From positions 1,266-65,265 of the forward strand of contig JAICHH010000001.1 of the NCBI GenBank assembly GCA_025922715.1: a stretch of DNA of 64,000 nucleotides, given 5' to 3'. The notes under the pieces are model-generated. The model had not been told where the DNA came from and ran no database searches. It saw only the letters and a list, made by a program, of their open reading frames with translations. A program made the position numbers and the translations under genes. The first letter of the stretch is position 1. Every line of letters starts with the position of its first letter. This stretch comes from Nitrososphaeraceae archaeon (lineage in GTDB: Archaea; Thermoproteota; Nitrososphaeria; Nitrososphaerales; Nitrososphaeraceae). This document shows positions 19,734-30,699 of this stretch, piece after piece.

Positions 19734-21041
19734 ATGAGCTCAAGCAAAAAACCACATATGAATCTCGTGGTTACAGGACATGTAGATAATGGTAAATCTA
19801 CAATTGTAGGCCATTTAATGGTTGATTTAGGAGTTATTGATCAAAGGACTATAGAACAATTTGCAAAAGAATCAGAAGCTACTGGTAAGGGTGATACTTT
19901 CAAATATGCATGGGTTTTAGATAGTATTAAAGATGAAAGAGATCGAGGAATTACCATAGATCTAGCTTTTCAGAAATTCGAAACTAATAAGTTCTTCTTT
20001 ACGTTAATTGATGCCCCTGGTCATAGGGACTTTATTAAAAATATGATAACTGGTGCCTCAGAAGCTGATGTGGCTATCTTAGTTGTTTCCACAAAACCAG
20101 GAGAAACAGAAGCCGCAACGGAACCTGGAGGTCAAGCAAGAGAACATGCATTTCTATGTAGAACATTAGGGGTAGGACAAGTAGTAGTTGCATTAAATAA
20201 AATGGATGATTCCAACTATTCAGAAGCAAGATATAATGAAGTTAAAGGTATTGCAGAAAAAATGCTGAAAATGGTGGGTTATAATACCAGTAAAGTAAAT
20301 TTTGTACCTGTATCTGGATGGAAAGGTGATAATTTAGCAAAAAAATCTGAAAATATGGGTTGGTATAAAGGTCAAACTTTGTTAGAAGCACTAGATTCTT
20401 TCGATCCGCCAGAAAAACCAATTGGGAAACCCTTGAGAATTCCAATTCAAGATGTATATTCAATTACGGGTGTAGGTACTGTTCCAGTAGGTAGAGTAGA
20501 AACAGGTATTGTTAAGGCTAATGATAAGGTAATAGTCATGCCTGCAGGAGTAACCGGAGAAGTGAAATCTATAGAAACTCATCATACTCAGATGAATTCA
20601 GCCGAAGCAGGTGATAATATAGGATTTAATTTAAGAGGAATTGACAAAAAATCTATCCATAGAGGAGATGTTATAGGACATCCAGATAACCCTCCAAGTG
20701 TTGCTAAAGAATTTGAAGCTCAAATAATAGTAATCCACCATCCAACTGCTATGGCGCCAGGTTACACACCAGTATTACATGCTCATACAGCACAAGTCGC
20801 AGCGACTTTATCGGATTTTGTTGCCAAAATTGATCCTAAAACTGGCGGAATTTTAGAAGAAAAACCAAAATTTCTTAAAACAGGAGATGCAGCAATTGTA
20901 AGAATTAGACCAGTCAGACCTCTTGCTATAGAAACTTTCAAAGAATTCCCTGAAATCGGTAGATTTGCATTAAGGGATATGGGTACTACAATTGCTGCTG
21001 GAGTTGTTAAATCAATTACAGAAAAATACGAAAAGAAGTAA
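19734..21041 (+). CDS. tuf: translation elongation factor aEF-1A
   Basis: GHVDNGKST, RGITID, DAPGHRDF, NKMD, GRFALRDMG. Confidence 0.98.
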   Translation: MSSSKKPHMNLVVTGHVDNGKSTIVGHLMVDLGVIDQRTIEQFAKESEATGKGDTFKYAWVLDSIKDERDRGITIDLAFQKFETNKFFFTLIDAPGHRDFIKNMITGASEADVAILVVSTKPGETEAATEPGGQAREHAFLCRTLGVGQVVVALNKMDDSNYSEARYNEVKGIAEKMLKMVGYNTSKVNFVPVSGWKGDNLAKKSENMGWYKGQTLLEALDSFDPPEKPIGKPLRIPIQDVYSITGVGTVPVGRVETGIVKANDKVIVMPAGVTGEVKSIETHHTQMNSAEAGDNIGFNLRGIDKKSIHRGDVIGHPDNPPSVAKEFEAQIIVIHHPTAMAPGYTPVLHAHTAQVAATLSDFVAKIDPKTGGILEEKPKFLKTGDAAIVRIRPVRPLAIETFKEFPEIGRFALRDMGTTIAAGVVKSITEKYEKK

Positions 21042-21055
21042 AGTGAAATCTTACA

Positions 21056-21364
21056 ATGCCTCAGGAAGCTAGAATAAAACTAACAAGCACCAATCTTTCT
21101 ACCTTAGAAGGTGTTTGTTCTGAAATAAAAGGAATAGGTGAAAAAAGTGGTATCAATTTAAAAGGCCCTTATCCACTGCCTACAAAAAAAATGAAAGTAG
21201 TAACAAGGAAATCTCCGTGTGGACAAGGGACAAATACATGGGATAAATATGAGTTAAGGATTCATAGACGAGTAATTGATTTAGGTGCAGATGATAAAGC
21301 TATTAGACAGCTTATGAGATTGAGAATACCTGATGATGTCTATATAGAAGTATCTCTCACTTAA
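21056..21364 (+). CDS. rps10: 30S ribosomal protein S10
   Basis: ARIKLTS, KGPYPLPT, RKSPCGQG..WDKYELRIHRRVID. Confidence 0.97.
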   Translation: MPQEARIKLTSTNLSTLEGVCSEIKGIGEKSGINLKGPYPLPTKKMKVVTRKSPCGQGTNTWDKYELRIHRRVIDLGADDKAIRQLMRLRIPDDVYIEVSLT

Positions 21365-21451
21365 ATTTTTATAATTATGTCTAACAAATAATCTTTGTAC
21401 CAATTGTTACCATATTAAGGAAATAACTTCCATTAATATTAAAAATATAAA

Positions 21452-22021
21452 ATGAATTTATTCTGGTCACTAGTGTTATTACAATCATTTTTATTATTAC
21501 TCTTTAATTTTAATCAAATTTTTGCAGAATCATCTACATCTACAGATGATTTTAAATCGTATAAAAATGAAAATTATACTCTGGAATTAATGTATCCATC
21601 AGATTGGACATATGTAGAATTTAGAGATCAATTTTCAGATAATGATCTCTCTATAATAATTAGTTTTATTTCTCCATTAGAGGCTCCTCTAGATACATTT
21701 CAAGAATATTTTACTATTAAATCCAAAATTCTAGATCCAGAAGATACTTTTTCTAGCCACTTTAATTCATATTTAGAAAAACTAAAGAAAACTATAACAA
21801 ACATAAATATATCAACTATAGAAAATATGTCCAACAAAAATAAATATATACACTATTCATTTTCGCCTCCACAATCAGGATTAATTATAAACAAAGAAGA
21901 ATATATCTTTCTAAAAAATCCTAATAATGTATTTCATATTGAATTCACTTCTAATGATGATGATTATAAAACATTCAAGCCAATGATTAATAAAATATTA
22001 TCATCTTTTCGTATTACTTAA
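21452..22021 (+). CDS. secreted PsbP/Mog1-like fold protein
   Basis: Signal peptide; FKSYKNENYTLELMYPSDW and C-terminal FKPMINKILSSFRI typical of PsbP-like domains. Confidence 0.65.
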   Translation: MNLFWSLVLLQSFLLLLFNFNQIFAESSTSTDDFKSYKNENYTLELMYPSDWTYVEFRDQFSDNDLSIIISFISPLEAPLDTFQEYFTIKSKILDPEDTFSSHFNSYLEKLKKTITNINISTIENMSNKNKYIHYSFSPPQSGLIINKEEYIFLKNPNNVFHIEFTSNDDDYKTFKPMINKILSSFRIT

Positions 22022-22066
22022 CATAATATTTGATGTATTAAAAAAAAGTAATTGAAAAGAAAACCT

Positions 22067-22690
22067 TTATGTATTGATCTTATCAAAACGTTGTGAAACG
22101 TCTTCCCAGTTTATAACATTCCACCAAGCAGAAATGTAGTCAGGCCGTTTGTTCTGATATTTGAGATAATATGCATGTTCCCATACGTCACATCCTAAAA
22201 GTGGTATTAACCCTTCGGTTCTTGGACTGGTCTGATTGGGCATTGCTTTGTATTCTACTTTATTGGTAGATGGATTGTAGACAAGCCAACCCCAACCACT
22301 GCCTTGAATCAATGTGGTCGTAGAAGAGAATTTCTCTTTAAAGTCTGAAAAACTTCCAAATGACGAATTTATTGCATTAGCAATCGGTCCACTTGGCTCA
22401 CCTCCTCCATTTGCTTTCATGTTATGCCAGAATATTCGATGGTTATCAAATCCTCCTCCGTTAAAGTTGATTGCACTTTTTTGATCAGCAGGAACTTGAT
22501 CAAGATTAGATAATATTTCCACAATGTCTTTTTCTTGAATTTCAGTAGAACATTTCTCAAGTGCTGCGTTGAGTTTATCTGTATAAGTTTGATGGTGTTT
22601 GGTATGATGGATTTCCATAGTTCTTGCGTCAATATATGGTTCTAGTGCATCATAATTGTAAGGTACTGGAGGTAATTCATATTTTCCCAT
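22067..22690 (-). CDS. sod: Fe/Mn superoxide dismutase
   Basis: LEPYID..HHTKHH, NH..FW, GSGWGWL, DVWEHAYY. Confidence 0.97.
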   Translation of the reverse strand: MGKYELPPVPYNYDALEPYIDARTMEIHHTKHHQTYTDKLNAALEKCSTEIQEKDIVEILSNLDQVPADQKSAINFNGGGFDNHRIFWHNMKANGGGEPSGPIANAINSSFGSFSDFKEKFSSTTTLIQGSGWGWLVYNPSTNKVEYKAMPNQTSPRTEGLIPLLGCDVWEHAYYLKYQNKRPDYISAWWNVINWEDVSQRFDKINT

Positions 22691-22829
22691 AAATATATTT
22701 TTTTTTGTAATTATTAACCTTTGTGTTATCTAGCATATTTTTTAATAGTGACTTGATTTTATATCCACTTTCTTTGTCAGAAGGAAACATATTTATTGAA
22801 ATTTAAATTTCTATTTTAACTGCTTACTC

Positions 22830-23252
22830 ATGGTTATTAATAAGGAACTGCTAGAAAAAAGGAAAAAAATATCTGAACACCGACCTAAATTTGTAAGACA
22901 AGAAAGCTGGAGATACGACAGGCTTGCAGAAAACTGGAGGAAGCCTAAAGGGAAAGATAATAAAATGAGACTACAAGTTTCTGGCGTTCCGCAATTAGTA
23001 AAAGTTGGATATAGAGGCCCAAAGGTCGCTAGGGGACTTCATCCATCAGGTTATACTGATAATTTAGTCTACAATACCAATGATCTGTTATTATTAGATT
23101 CAAAAAAAGATGCTGTAAGAATAGGTCATATCGTTGGAAAATTAAAGAAAAAACAAATTTTGACTAAAGCAGCGGAATTGGGATTTAAAGTTTTGAACCC
23201 AGGAAAAGATTCTAAATTACAAAATAAATCACAAATAAAGGAGAATGAATAG
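22830..23252 (+). CDS. rpl32e: 50S ribosomal protein L32e
   Basis: FVRQESWRY..WRKPKGKDNKMR..GYRGPK..RGLHPSG. Confidence 0.96.
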   Translation: MVINKELLEKRKKISEHRPKFVRQESWRYDRLAENWRKPKGKDNKMRLQVSGVPQLVKVGYRGPKVARGLHPSGYTDNLVYNTNDLLLLDSKKDAVRIGHIVGKLKKKQILTKAAELGFKVLNPGKDSKLQNKSQIKENE

Positions 23253-23254
23253 AT

Positions 23255-23701
23255 ATGGTTGTAAATCTTAAAAAGAAACGTGAATTAGTAGCTCGAATAC
23301 TTAGTGTTGGTTCTAATCGAGTTAAATTTGAACCTGATAAGCTTGATGATATAGCGGATTCTATAACGAGAGAAGATATTAGATCTTTAATTAAAAATGG
23401 AGTTATATGGACATCAAAGCCCAAAGGAACGTCTCGAGGTAAAGCTAAAGCAAAATTAGATATAAAAAAGAAACATGGAACTGGCGCTGGGTCTAAGAAA
23501 GGTCGTAAAACAGCAAGAACAGGAAAAAAAGAGTTATACGTAAAAAAAATAAGAGCAATGAGATACCATTTGAAAGTATTAAAAGACAGAAATGATGTTA
23601 ACCGTGAAATATATTGGTCTTTGTACAAAAAAATTAATGGTGGTCAGATTCGATCCTTGACTCACTTAAGAGATACTGTAAAAAATTGGAAATCACAATA
23701 A
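23255..23701 (+). CDS. rpl19e: 50S ribosomal protein L19e
   Basis: TREDIRSLIKNG, GTSRG, GAGSKKG..AR. Confidence 0.96.
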   Translation: MVVNLKKKRELVARILSVGSNRVKFEPDKLDDIADSITREDIRSLIKNGVIWTSKPKGTSRGKAKAKLDIKKKHGTGAGSKKGRKTARTGKKELYVKKIRAMRYHLKVLKDRNDVNREIYWSLYKKINGGQIRSLTHLRDTVKNWKSQ

Positions 23702-23725
23702 AAGTTCAAAAATAGAATATTTTAA

Positions 23726-23923
23726 TCAATTAAAATCGTTTATGATTGAACTGGACCTATTGATTAGTTTTTCTCTTAAACTAATAACTTGGGATCTCTT
23801 TTCTCCATCCAAATTAGTTTGAAGCAATACATTTAATGCTTCCACTATATATTTTATATTGGGTAAAGTAAGAATATTTCGATCATCCCGATCGTCTTGA
23901 TTATTTTCTTCCCAATTATTCAT
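23726..23923 (-). CDS. small hypothetical protein
   Basis: ORF; likely start is ATG 23923 (MNNWEENNQ...). Confidence 0.5.
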   Translation of the reverse strand: MNNWEENNQDDRDDRNILTLPNIKYIVEALNVLLQTNLDGEKRSQVISLREKLINRSSSIINDFN

Positions 23924-24002
23924 ACTTTTAGAATGTTTTGTGTTAATGTTAAATGTTTTGGATTTCAATTTAATAATTAATTGATGCAATTACTAAAATA
24001 TT

Positions 24003-24833
24003 ATGGTTTTTAGACTATTGAATTATATGTTATTTACCTTAATTACTTCAGAAATCGATCCCGCTAGTAAAACAATGATGAAATATTTACAAGAAGACAG
24101 AAAATTCAAAGAAATAAAAAATTGCTATTTGACTTCTTCTTTGTACGATAATATTTCCATGTGTATATCTCCACACCAATTACTATTTTCTGATAGTATA
24201 GATGCCAGATGCAACGAAACCGATGTTTTGATTTTTCTTTCTAGACATCAATCCAAAAGTAAGATTCCATCGTTGACTTGTCATTTTCCGGGAAATTATT
24301 GTACAAATCCTTTAGGGGGAAATAAATTCGAGTTAGGAATTGCATATCCCTCATTGCAAAAGAATTATCTTTTAAAAATATTCCAATTAAGAGAAAAAGT
24401 TCCTTTGTGTGATATAACTATAGAAACTACACATCACGGTCCCACTAGTATAAAAAAACCTGTTATGTTTGTTGAAATAGGTTCCTCTGAAGACCAATGG
24501 ATTAATATTGAGAATGCATCATTCGTATGTGATTCTTTATTAGATACATTAACAAAAAAGATTTGTCCGGCAAAAGATATTGCAATAGGATTAGGAGGAA
24601 ATCATTATGGTTCCAAATTCAATGAAGTAATACTACATACTGAGTATGGAATAGGTCATATAGCAAATAAATATAATTTGTTTACTATTGATAAAGATAT
24701 GCTAAACCAAATGATTTCAAAATGTTATGAAAAAGTTACACATATAATAATTGACCAAAAGGGTTTGGGCAATGAAAAACAAAGAATAATGAATCTACTG
24801 AAGGATATTGAATTAGAAGTAATTAAAATATAA
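24003..24833 (+). CDS. dtdA: archaeal D-aminoacyl-tRNA deacylase (DTD2/GEK1)
   Basis: DPAS, FLSRHQS..PSLTCHFPGN, ETTHHGPT, FVEIGSSE..W, GLGGNHY. Confidence 0.92.
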   Translation: MVFRLLNYMLFTLITSEIDPASKTMMKYLQEDRKFKEIKNCYLTSSLYDNISMCISPHQLLFSDSIDARCNETDVLIFLSRHQSKSKIPSLTCHFPGNYCTNPLGGNKFELGIAYPSLQKNYLLKIFQLREKVPLCDITIETTHHGPTSIKKPVMFVEIGSSEDQWINIENASFVCDSLLDTLTKKICPAKDIAIGLGGNHYGSKFNEVILHTEYGIGHIANKYNLFTIDKDMLNQMISKCYEKVTHIIIDQKGLGNEKQRIMNLLKDIELEVIKI

Positions 24834-25332
24834 GTCTAGATAATTGTATGATTAAATACTTTTACGTATTGGTATTGATGAAATTTCATCATAGCTCTAA
24901 AGTTTGTTATTATTTCTTATTGTAAAAAGTGAAAAAAGAATATTAATAGGACCAATTATAAAAGTTAAAGATAAGAAAAAAGAGATATACTAAATGTCAT
25001 TTCGAAAATGAACATGCATAAAATGCTCTAACTTCAAATTTATGAGAAGAGAGGAAGGAATCATTAGGAGTATTCTTATAGACTATAGAATTATGTGAAA
25101 GCTATATCTTATTTGGTTTCAATAATTCTTTTGAATTATTCCTCATCATTTTTTTTCTTTAATATCTACAAAAACTATGAACTAAAGAAAAGTTTCCTCT
25201 ACCTAAATTTACCAATCATCATTTTTAAACAGGATAATGCCAAAACTTAATCATATTTTATTGTGTTATTCAACAACTAATAAAGGATTTTTTTAGCTTT
25301 GTTTTTATATTCTAATTCTATATATATTAGTA

Positions 25333-25743
25333 TTGAAAAAATTCTCAGAAAAACCTCCAATGATTATAATATCTGGGTCTTGTTTGAATTTTGAGCAAGA
25401 AAGAAAGAAAATAGTTAAATTAATAGAATATTTGCGATCTTCCGTTGGCTCACAAATTAATTGTGAAGTGTCATCTAATGGTGCTGCTTTAGGATGGGAT
25501 TTCTTCAACATATATTTTGACCTTTCTCTTATAGAAAAATTGATAGTAAATTTTCCAGAAATTACCAAGGAAGAAGGAATAACTCTTGAACAACAATTCG
25601 TTTTATGGCTTACAAAGCAATATAAAAGACAAAATTTGGATTATCATCTTAAGCTAAGTGACATTCCCTATGAAAATACAAAAGGATTCAGATTAGATCC
25701 AAACAATTACCGTGACGATAGTCTGTTGGAAGATTTAAGATAA
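25333..25743 (+). CDS. hypothetical protein
   Basis: 136-aa ORF with TTG start and protein-like composition (GAALGWDFF). Confidence 0.7.
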   Translation: MKKFSEKPPMIIISGSCLNFEQERKKIVKLIEYLRSSVGSQINCEVSSNGAALGWDFFNIYFDLSLIEKLIVNFPEITKEEGITLEQQFVLWLTKQYKRQNLDYHLKLSDIPYENTKGFRLDPNNYRDDSLLEDLR

Positions 25744-25916
25744 ATTATTCTTTCAAATACCATTTGATTTATATTAATAATTTCTATGAATGGTAAATAT
25801 GCTTTGTAATTAGACTTGGAAACGTAATTTAATACACTTTATAAAAATTAATGTGAGTTTAAAATAAGCTTAATTGATAACTATTAATACAAGGCTATAA
25901 ATTTTTTTATATACTC

Positions 25917-27719
25917 ATGATTCTATTACAAAAACCTCAGTTAGGGTATTGGGATTTATCAGACTTAGTAGATGGGGAAAAAAATAATATAAAAAATTAT
26001 TTAAAAATATTACATAATGATGTCAAAAAATTCAAAGAAAACCGTGAATTACTAAATGATAATATTTCTTTACAAAAATTTTCTAAAATGCTATTACAAT
26101 TGGAGAAGATTTCAGAGAATTTAAATACGGTAATAGGTTTTGCACATTTGCAATACTCATCCAATACTTCTTCTAATGAATATTCTGCATTCGTTACAGA
26201 AATGGAGTTATTAGGTACTGAAATTTCTAATAATTTAATCTTTTTTGATATATGGTTCAAAAATACTCTAAAAGAAAAAGATGCAAATAGAATTATTCAT
26301 ACTATCGATCCAGTTTATAAACATTTTCTTACACATAAAAGAGTTTTAGGTAAATATACTTTATCTGAAAAGGAAGAAAAAATTGTTAATATACTCGAAG
26401 TGACTGGACCCAATGCATTAGTCAAAATATATGATCGAATGACAAATAATTTTGAATTTATTCTTGAAATAAAAAAAAATAACAAAATAAAAAGAAAAAA
26501 AATTATAAATAAGGAAAAATTAATGTCACTAGTAAGAAGTAACAAATCAGAGGAAAGGAAAGCCGCATATAAATCATTGTTCAATGTATATAAAAAAAAT
26601 AGCGGAGTTTTAGGTGAGATATATTTAAATTTAATAGTACAATGGCATGATGAAAATATTAAACTTCGTAGTTTTGATTCACCAATTTCTGTAAGAAATG
26701 TCTATAATGATATAAGTGATACTGTAGTATCTACATTATTGGACACATGCAAGAAAAATTCTTTTATTTTTCATAAATATTTCAATTTAAAAGCAAAAAT
26801 GTTAAAATTAAAAAAACTAGAACGTTATCACTTGTACGCCCCTCTCATTAAACAAGGAATCATACAAAAAAGATATACCTATGAGCAAGCAGTGAACATT
26901 GTTTTAAATGTTTTTGAGTCATTCGATCCTAAATTTCGAGATTATGCAGAAATAGTTTTTAATAAAAACCATGTTGATGCAGAAATAAGAAAGGGAAAGA
27001 TGAGCGGAGCATTTTGTTCTACTATTACTCCTAAACTAACTCCATATGTTCTATTGAATTATGATGGTATGTATCGTGATATTTCTACAATGGCTCATGA
27101 ATTTGGACATGCTATACATAGTATTTGTTCTTCAAACCTCCCAATCGCTGTCTCTCATGCTCCTCTTCCTTTAGCTGAAACAGCTTCTGTCTTTGCCGAG
27201 ATGTTGTTGAATGAAAAGTTAGCAGAAGAAATGACAGAACAAGAAAGATCTATTCTATTAGCAGAACAAATAGATGATATGTATGCAACTATTATGAGAC
27301 AATCATATTTTACATTATTTGAAATTGATGCACATAATAAAGTCATTGAAAACAATGCTAATATCGATAATATCTCATCTTTATATCAAAAGAATCTCCA
27401 AGATCAGTTTGGAAATTCTGTAATTGTTTCCGATGATTTTATGTGGGAATGGACATATATACCCCATTTTTATCATACTCCTTTTTATTGTTATGCATAC
27501 GCTTTCGGTAACCTTCTTGTTTTATCATTATTTAAAATGTACCAAAAAGAGGGAAAATCTTTCATTCCAGAATATTTGAATTTACTTTCTGCAGGGGGAT
27601 CAAAAAACCCAGAAACTTTACTAACTGAAATTGGTTTCGATATCTCTGACAAAAGATTTTGGCAACAAGGTTTTAATCTCTTGTCAGAAAAAATAGGTGA
27701 TTTAGAAAATATCGTTTAG
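25917..27719 (+). CDS. pepF: oligoendopeptidase F (M3B peptidase)
   Basis: WDLSDL, GKMSGAFC, AHEFGHAIH, AETAS, IPHFY..FYCYAY. Confidence 0.92.
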   Translation: MILLQKPQLGYWDLSDLVDGEKNNIKNYLKILHNDVKKFKENRELLNDNISLQKFSKMLLQLEKISENLNTVIGFAHLQYSSNTSSNEYSAFVTEMELLGTEISNNLIFFDIWFKNTLKEKDANRIIHTIDPVYKHFLTHKRVLGKYTLSEKEEKIVNILEVTGPNALVKIYDRMTNNFEFILEIKKNNKIKRKKIINKEKLMSLVRSNKSEERKAAYKSLFNVYKKNSGVLGEIYLNLIVQWHDENIKLRSFDSPISVRNVYNDISDTVVSTLLDTCKKNSFIFHKYFNLKAKMLKLKKLERYHLYAPLIKQGIIQKRYTYEQAVNIVLNVFESFDPKFRDYAEIVFNKNHVDAEIRKGKMSGAFCSTITPKLTPYVLLNYDGMYRDISTMAHEFGHAIHSICSSNLPIAVSHAPLPLAETASVFAEMLLNEKLAEEMTEQERSILLAEQIDDMYATIMRQSYFTLFEIDAHNKVIENNANIDNISSLYQKNLQDQFGNSVIVSDDFMWEWTYIPHFYHTPFYCYAYAFGNLLVLSLFKMYQKEGKSFIPEYLNLLSAGGSKNPETLLTEIGFDISDKRFWQQGFNLLSEKIGDLENIV

Positions 27720-28111
27720 TTTTATCTAATATTAATTAGATATCTATGCTACAATTTTAAGTGGTAAGATTAACAATTATTTATTTTGTTAATGTAGTTA
27801 TCTTACATTACTTCATTTTGTTTCATGATATTACTAAAAGTTTATTGTTTTATGGGAATGAGAACTCTATAACTAATTATAAATACTAACAAAATAAGGA
27901 AAAATTCTAGGATGTATTTCGTTAAAAAATTTTCTCCATATTCTTATCCAGTTACTTTTGAAAAATATTTATTATATCTATATATAATCTAATGTTAATT
28001 ACCAATACAAATTTTAAAATCCTTAACTAATAATAAATTCTTGACAAAATTATATGAGTTAAATGAATTATAGTTGATACAAATAAAGCAAATAAACAAA
28101 CCCAAAATGCT

Positions 28112-28264
28112 TTATTTTGGTATAATTTCACCTGAGACAGAACTAAATTTTCTCATTTTTGAATGTCCAGTTTTTTCTTTATGATCTTCAGCATCTGAAT
28201 TGAAAAAAAAACTACTTTGGCAATCTTCACAAAACCAAATTTTATTTAGGTCCTCTGGATGCAT
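28112..28264 (-). CDS. 50-aa C2H2-type zinc-finger micro-protein
   Basis: WFCEDCQSSFFFNSDAEDHKEKTGH (C-x2-C-x12-H-x5-H); ATG 28264 preferred. Confidence 0.72.
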   Translation of the reverse strand: MHPEDLNKIWFCEDCQSSFFFNSDAEDHKEKTGHSKMRKFSSVSGEIIPK

Positions 28265-28613
28265 AGTTAATAAACAAATTTCTGCAATATAAGAAATTAG
28301 ATAATATCTAATATACAATTTATAGAAACTAAGTGCTATTTCAAACTTATATTTTTTTTATAAAGTATAATCTTTAGGTAAAATCATATATTTTATTATT
28401 ATAATTCAAATAAATTAGAATCTCAAGATGTATTAATTTAGGCTATATCTAATGTATACCGTAAAAAAAAAGAATATCTAAATAATATTTATCTCTTTGT
28501 CATTATCAGACCCGAGGTATCTACTTAAATATTCGATCTCGCCGTTATTTATTCTGTTTCTGAATTACGAGCTTTAAGTGCTACTACTGCCCTTTCCAAA
28601 CTATTTTTCCTAT

Positions 28614-29999
28614 TTAAACTAATCCTATGATTCTTTCATAAGATAGTGCATCTTCTAATTCCTTTTCAGTCATCAATTTTTTTCCTAAAATTAGTTCTCG
28701 TATTCCTCTACCTGTTTTTAACGATTCTTTATATATTTCTGCTGCTGTCAAGTATCCAATATATGGATTTAATAAGGTTATGAGAATAGGACTTGTTTCT
28801 ACTTGTTGTTTTAATCTTTCAGAATTTGCTTGAATTCCATTAATAAAATTCGTTGCAAAAATTGGCAAGAAATTTATTAACATGTCAGTGGCATCCAATA
28901 CATTCTTTAGCATTCCTGGCAACATGACATTTAATTCAAACTGACCTGCTTGTGCAGCCATGGATACAGAAACATCCTTTCCTATAATATCAAAGCAAAT
29001 CATGTTTAAACATTCAGCCAAAGAAGGATTGACCTTTCCTGGCATGATAGAAGAACCTGCATGAACTGCTGGAATGAGTATTTCTGCTAAGCCTGCTATG
29101 GGGCCAGAAGCCATAAGTCTTAGATCGTTAGCCATTTTTATTAGTTCAATTGCCAAGTTCCTTAATCCTGAAGAAAAATCAGCTATATAGAATTTGCTTT
29201 GGAGGAAAAAGTAAAGGTTTTCAGACATTTTTAAATTTAGCCCAGAAATGTTAGAAAGATGTTTAACAATTTTTTCTCGATAGCCTTTAGGCGTATTGAC
29301 ACCAGTTCCAACTGCTGTTCCACCTATTCCAATGAACTCTAATTTTCTTTGGCTATTGATAATTTCTTCTTTAGCTCTCTCTAATGCATATGCATATACC
29401 TCAAACTCAGAGCCCAGTGTTACAGGAATAGCATCCATAAGATGAGTCCGTCCAATTTTTATAATATTTTTAAAATCAATAGATTTGATTTTCAAAGATG
29501 CAATCAATACCTCAAGAGATTTTATAACTAAATTAATATTCATTAATATCGCAATATGCATTGCTGTTGGAAATGTATCATTACTTGATTGAGACATATT
29601 AACATGATCATTAGGACTAATAATCCTATAATCGCCTTTACTTTTTCCCAATATTTCTAGAGCACGATTTGCGATTATTTCATTTGTATTCATATTAACA
29701 GCAGTACCGGCTCCGGAATTAATAGCATCTACAACAAATTGATCTAAGAATTGTCCTGATAAAATTTCATCACAAACTTGAATTATTACTCGGGCAATTC
29801 TCTCATCTAAGATTTGTAATTCAAAATTAGTTAACGCTGCTGATCTTTTAATCATAACATAAGCTTTTATAAGGTTAAGATGAGATTTATTACCCGTTAC
29901 GTTGTACTGTCCTAATGCACGAGCGGTAAATGGACCATAATATGCATTGTCAGGAACTTTAAACTCTCCTAATGAATCTTTGTCAATTCTAAATGACAT
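28614..29999 (-). CDS. class II fumarase / aspartate ammonia-lyase family
   Basis: DSLGE, NMNTNE, PNDHVNMSQSSND, GRTHLMDA, GSSIMPGKVNP; FumC versus AspA not resolvable by eye. Confidence 0.92.
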   Translation of the reverse strand: MSFRIDKDSLGEFKVPDNAYYGPFTARALGQYNVTGNKSHLNLIKAYVMIKRSAALTNFELQILDERIARVIIQVCDEILSGQFLDQFVVDAINSGAGTAVNMNTNEIIANRALEILGKSKGDYRIISPNDHVNMSQSSNDTFPTAMHIAILMNINLVIKSLEVLIASLKIKSIDFKNIIKIGRTHLMDAIPVTLGSEFEVYAYALERAKEEIINSQRKLEFIGIGGTAVGTGVNTPKGYREKIVKHLSNISGLNLKMSENLYFFLQSKFYIADFSSGLRNLAIELIKMANDLRLMASGPIAGLAEILIPAVHAGSSIMPGKVNPSLAECLNMICFDIIGKDVSVSMAAQAGQFELNVMLPGMLKNVLDATDMLINFLPIFATNFINGIQANSERLKQQVETSPILITLLNPYIGYLTAAEIYKESLKTGRGIRELILGKKLMTEKELEDALSYERIIGLV

Positions 30000-30135
30000 T
30001 ATAATGACTATAAAATTCTTGTTTATATAATATTGGTTAACTAGGTAAGAATGGGTTAATGATAAATGATCTCCAAAATCATTTTTATAAAAGTTTATAT
30101 AATATATTTATATAGCCCACAAACCGCATACCAGT

Positions 30136-30699
30136 ATGCCGCAAACTAAACCCATTGTAAGTATTGAGAATGTTGTCGCTTCAGCAACTATAAATCAAAC
30201 AGTTAATCTAAATCAAATCACACAAATCTTTCCAGATGTTGAATATCACCCAGATCAATTTCCGGGACTTGTTTTTAGACTTAAATCTCCAAAAACCGCT
30301 ACTTTAATTTTTAGCTCGGGAAAAATGGTATGCACAGGAGCCAAATCAGAAGATCAGGCAATTAAAGCCGTCAAAAGTGTCGTTCAAAAGTTGAAAAAAG
30401 GAAGTATCCAAATTGAAAATGAGCCTATAATTGAAATACAAAATATAGTTGCATCTGCAAGTTTAGGAGGTAAAATTCACTTAGAATTAGCTGCTAGAGT
30501 TCTTCCTCGCAGTATGTATGAACCTGAACAATTTCCTGGATTAATTCATAGAATGTTAGACCCCAAAACAGTTATCCTTCTGTTTGCAAGTGGGAAGTTA
30601 GTTTGTACTGGAGCTAAAAAAGAAGCAGAAGTATATCGTGCTGTACATAATCTTCATAATTTATTAGAAGAAAAGAACCTTATGATATATGAGGGGTAA
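30136..30699 (+). CDS. tbp: TATA-box binding protein
   Basis: Two repeats ENVVAS..YHPDQFPGL..LIFSSGKMVCTGAK / QNIVAS..YEPEQFPGL..LFASGKLVCTGAK. Confidence 0.98.
   Translation: MPQTKPIVSIENVVASATINQTVNLNQITQIFPDVEYHPDQFPGLVFRLKSPKTATLIFSSGKMVCTGAKSEDQAIKAVKSVVQKLKKGSIQIENEPIIEIQNIVASASLGGKIHLELAARVLPRSMYEPEQFPGLIHRMLDPKTVILLFASGKLVCTGAKKEAEVYRAVHNLHNLLEEKNLMIYEG

Noticed and set aside
28585-28597. 12-nt match (GGAAAGGGCAGT, minus strand) to the 5S rRNA 3' region
   Set aside because: Too short, with no flanking similarity; probably chance within a degraded frame
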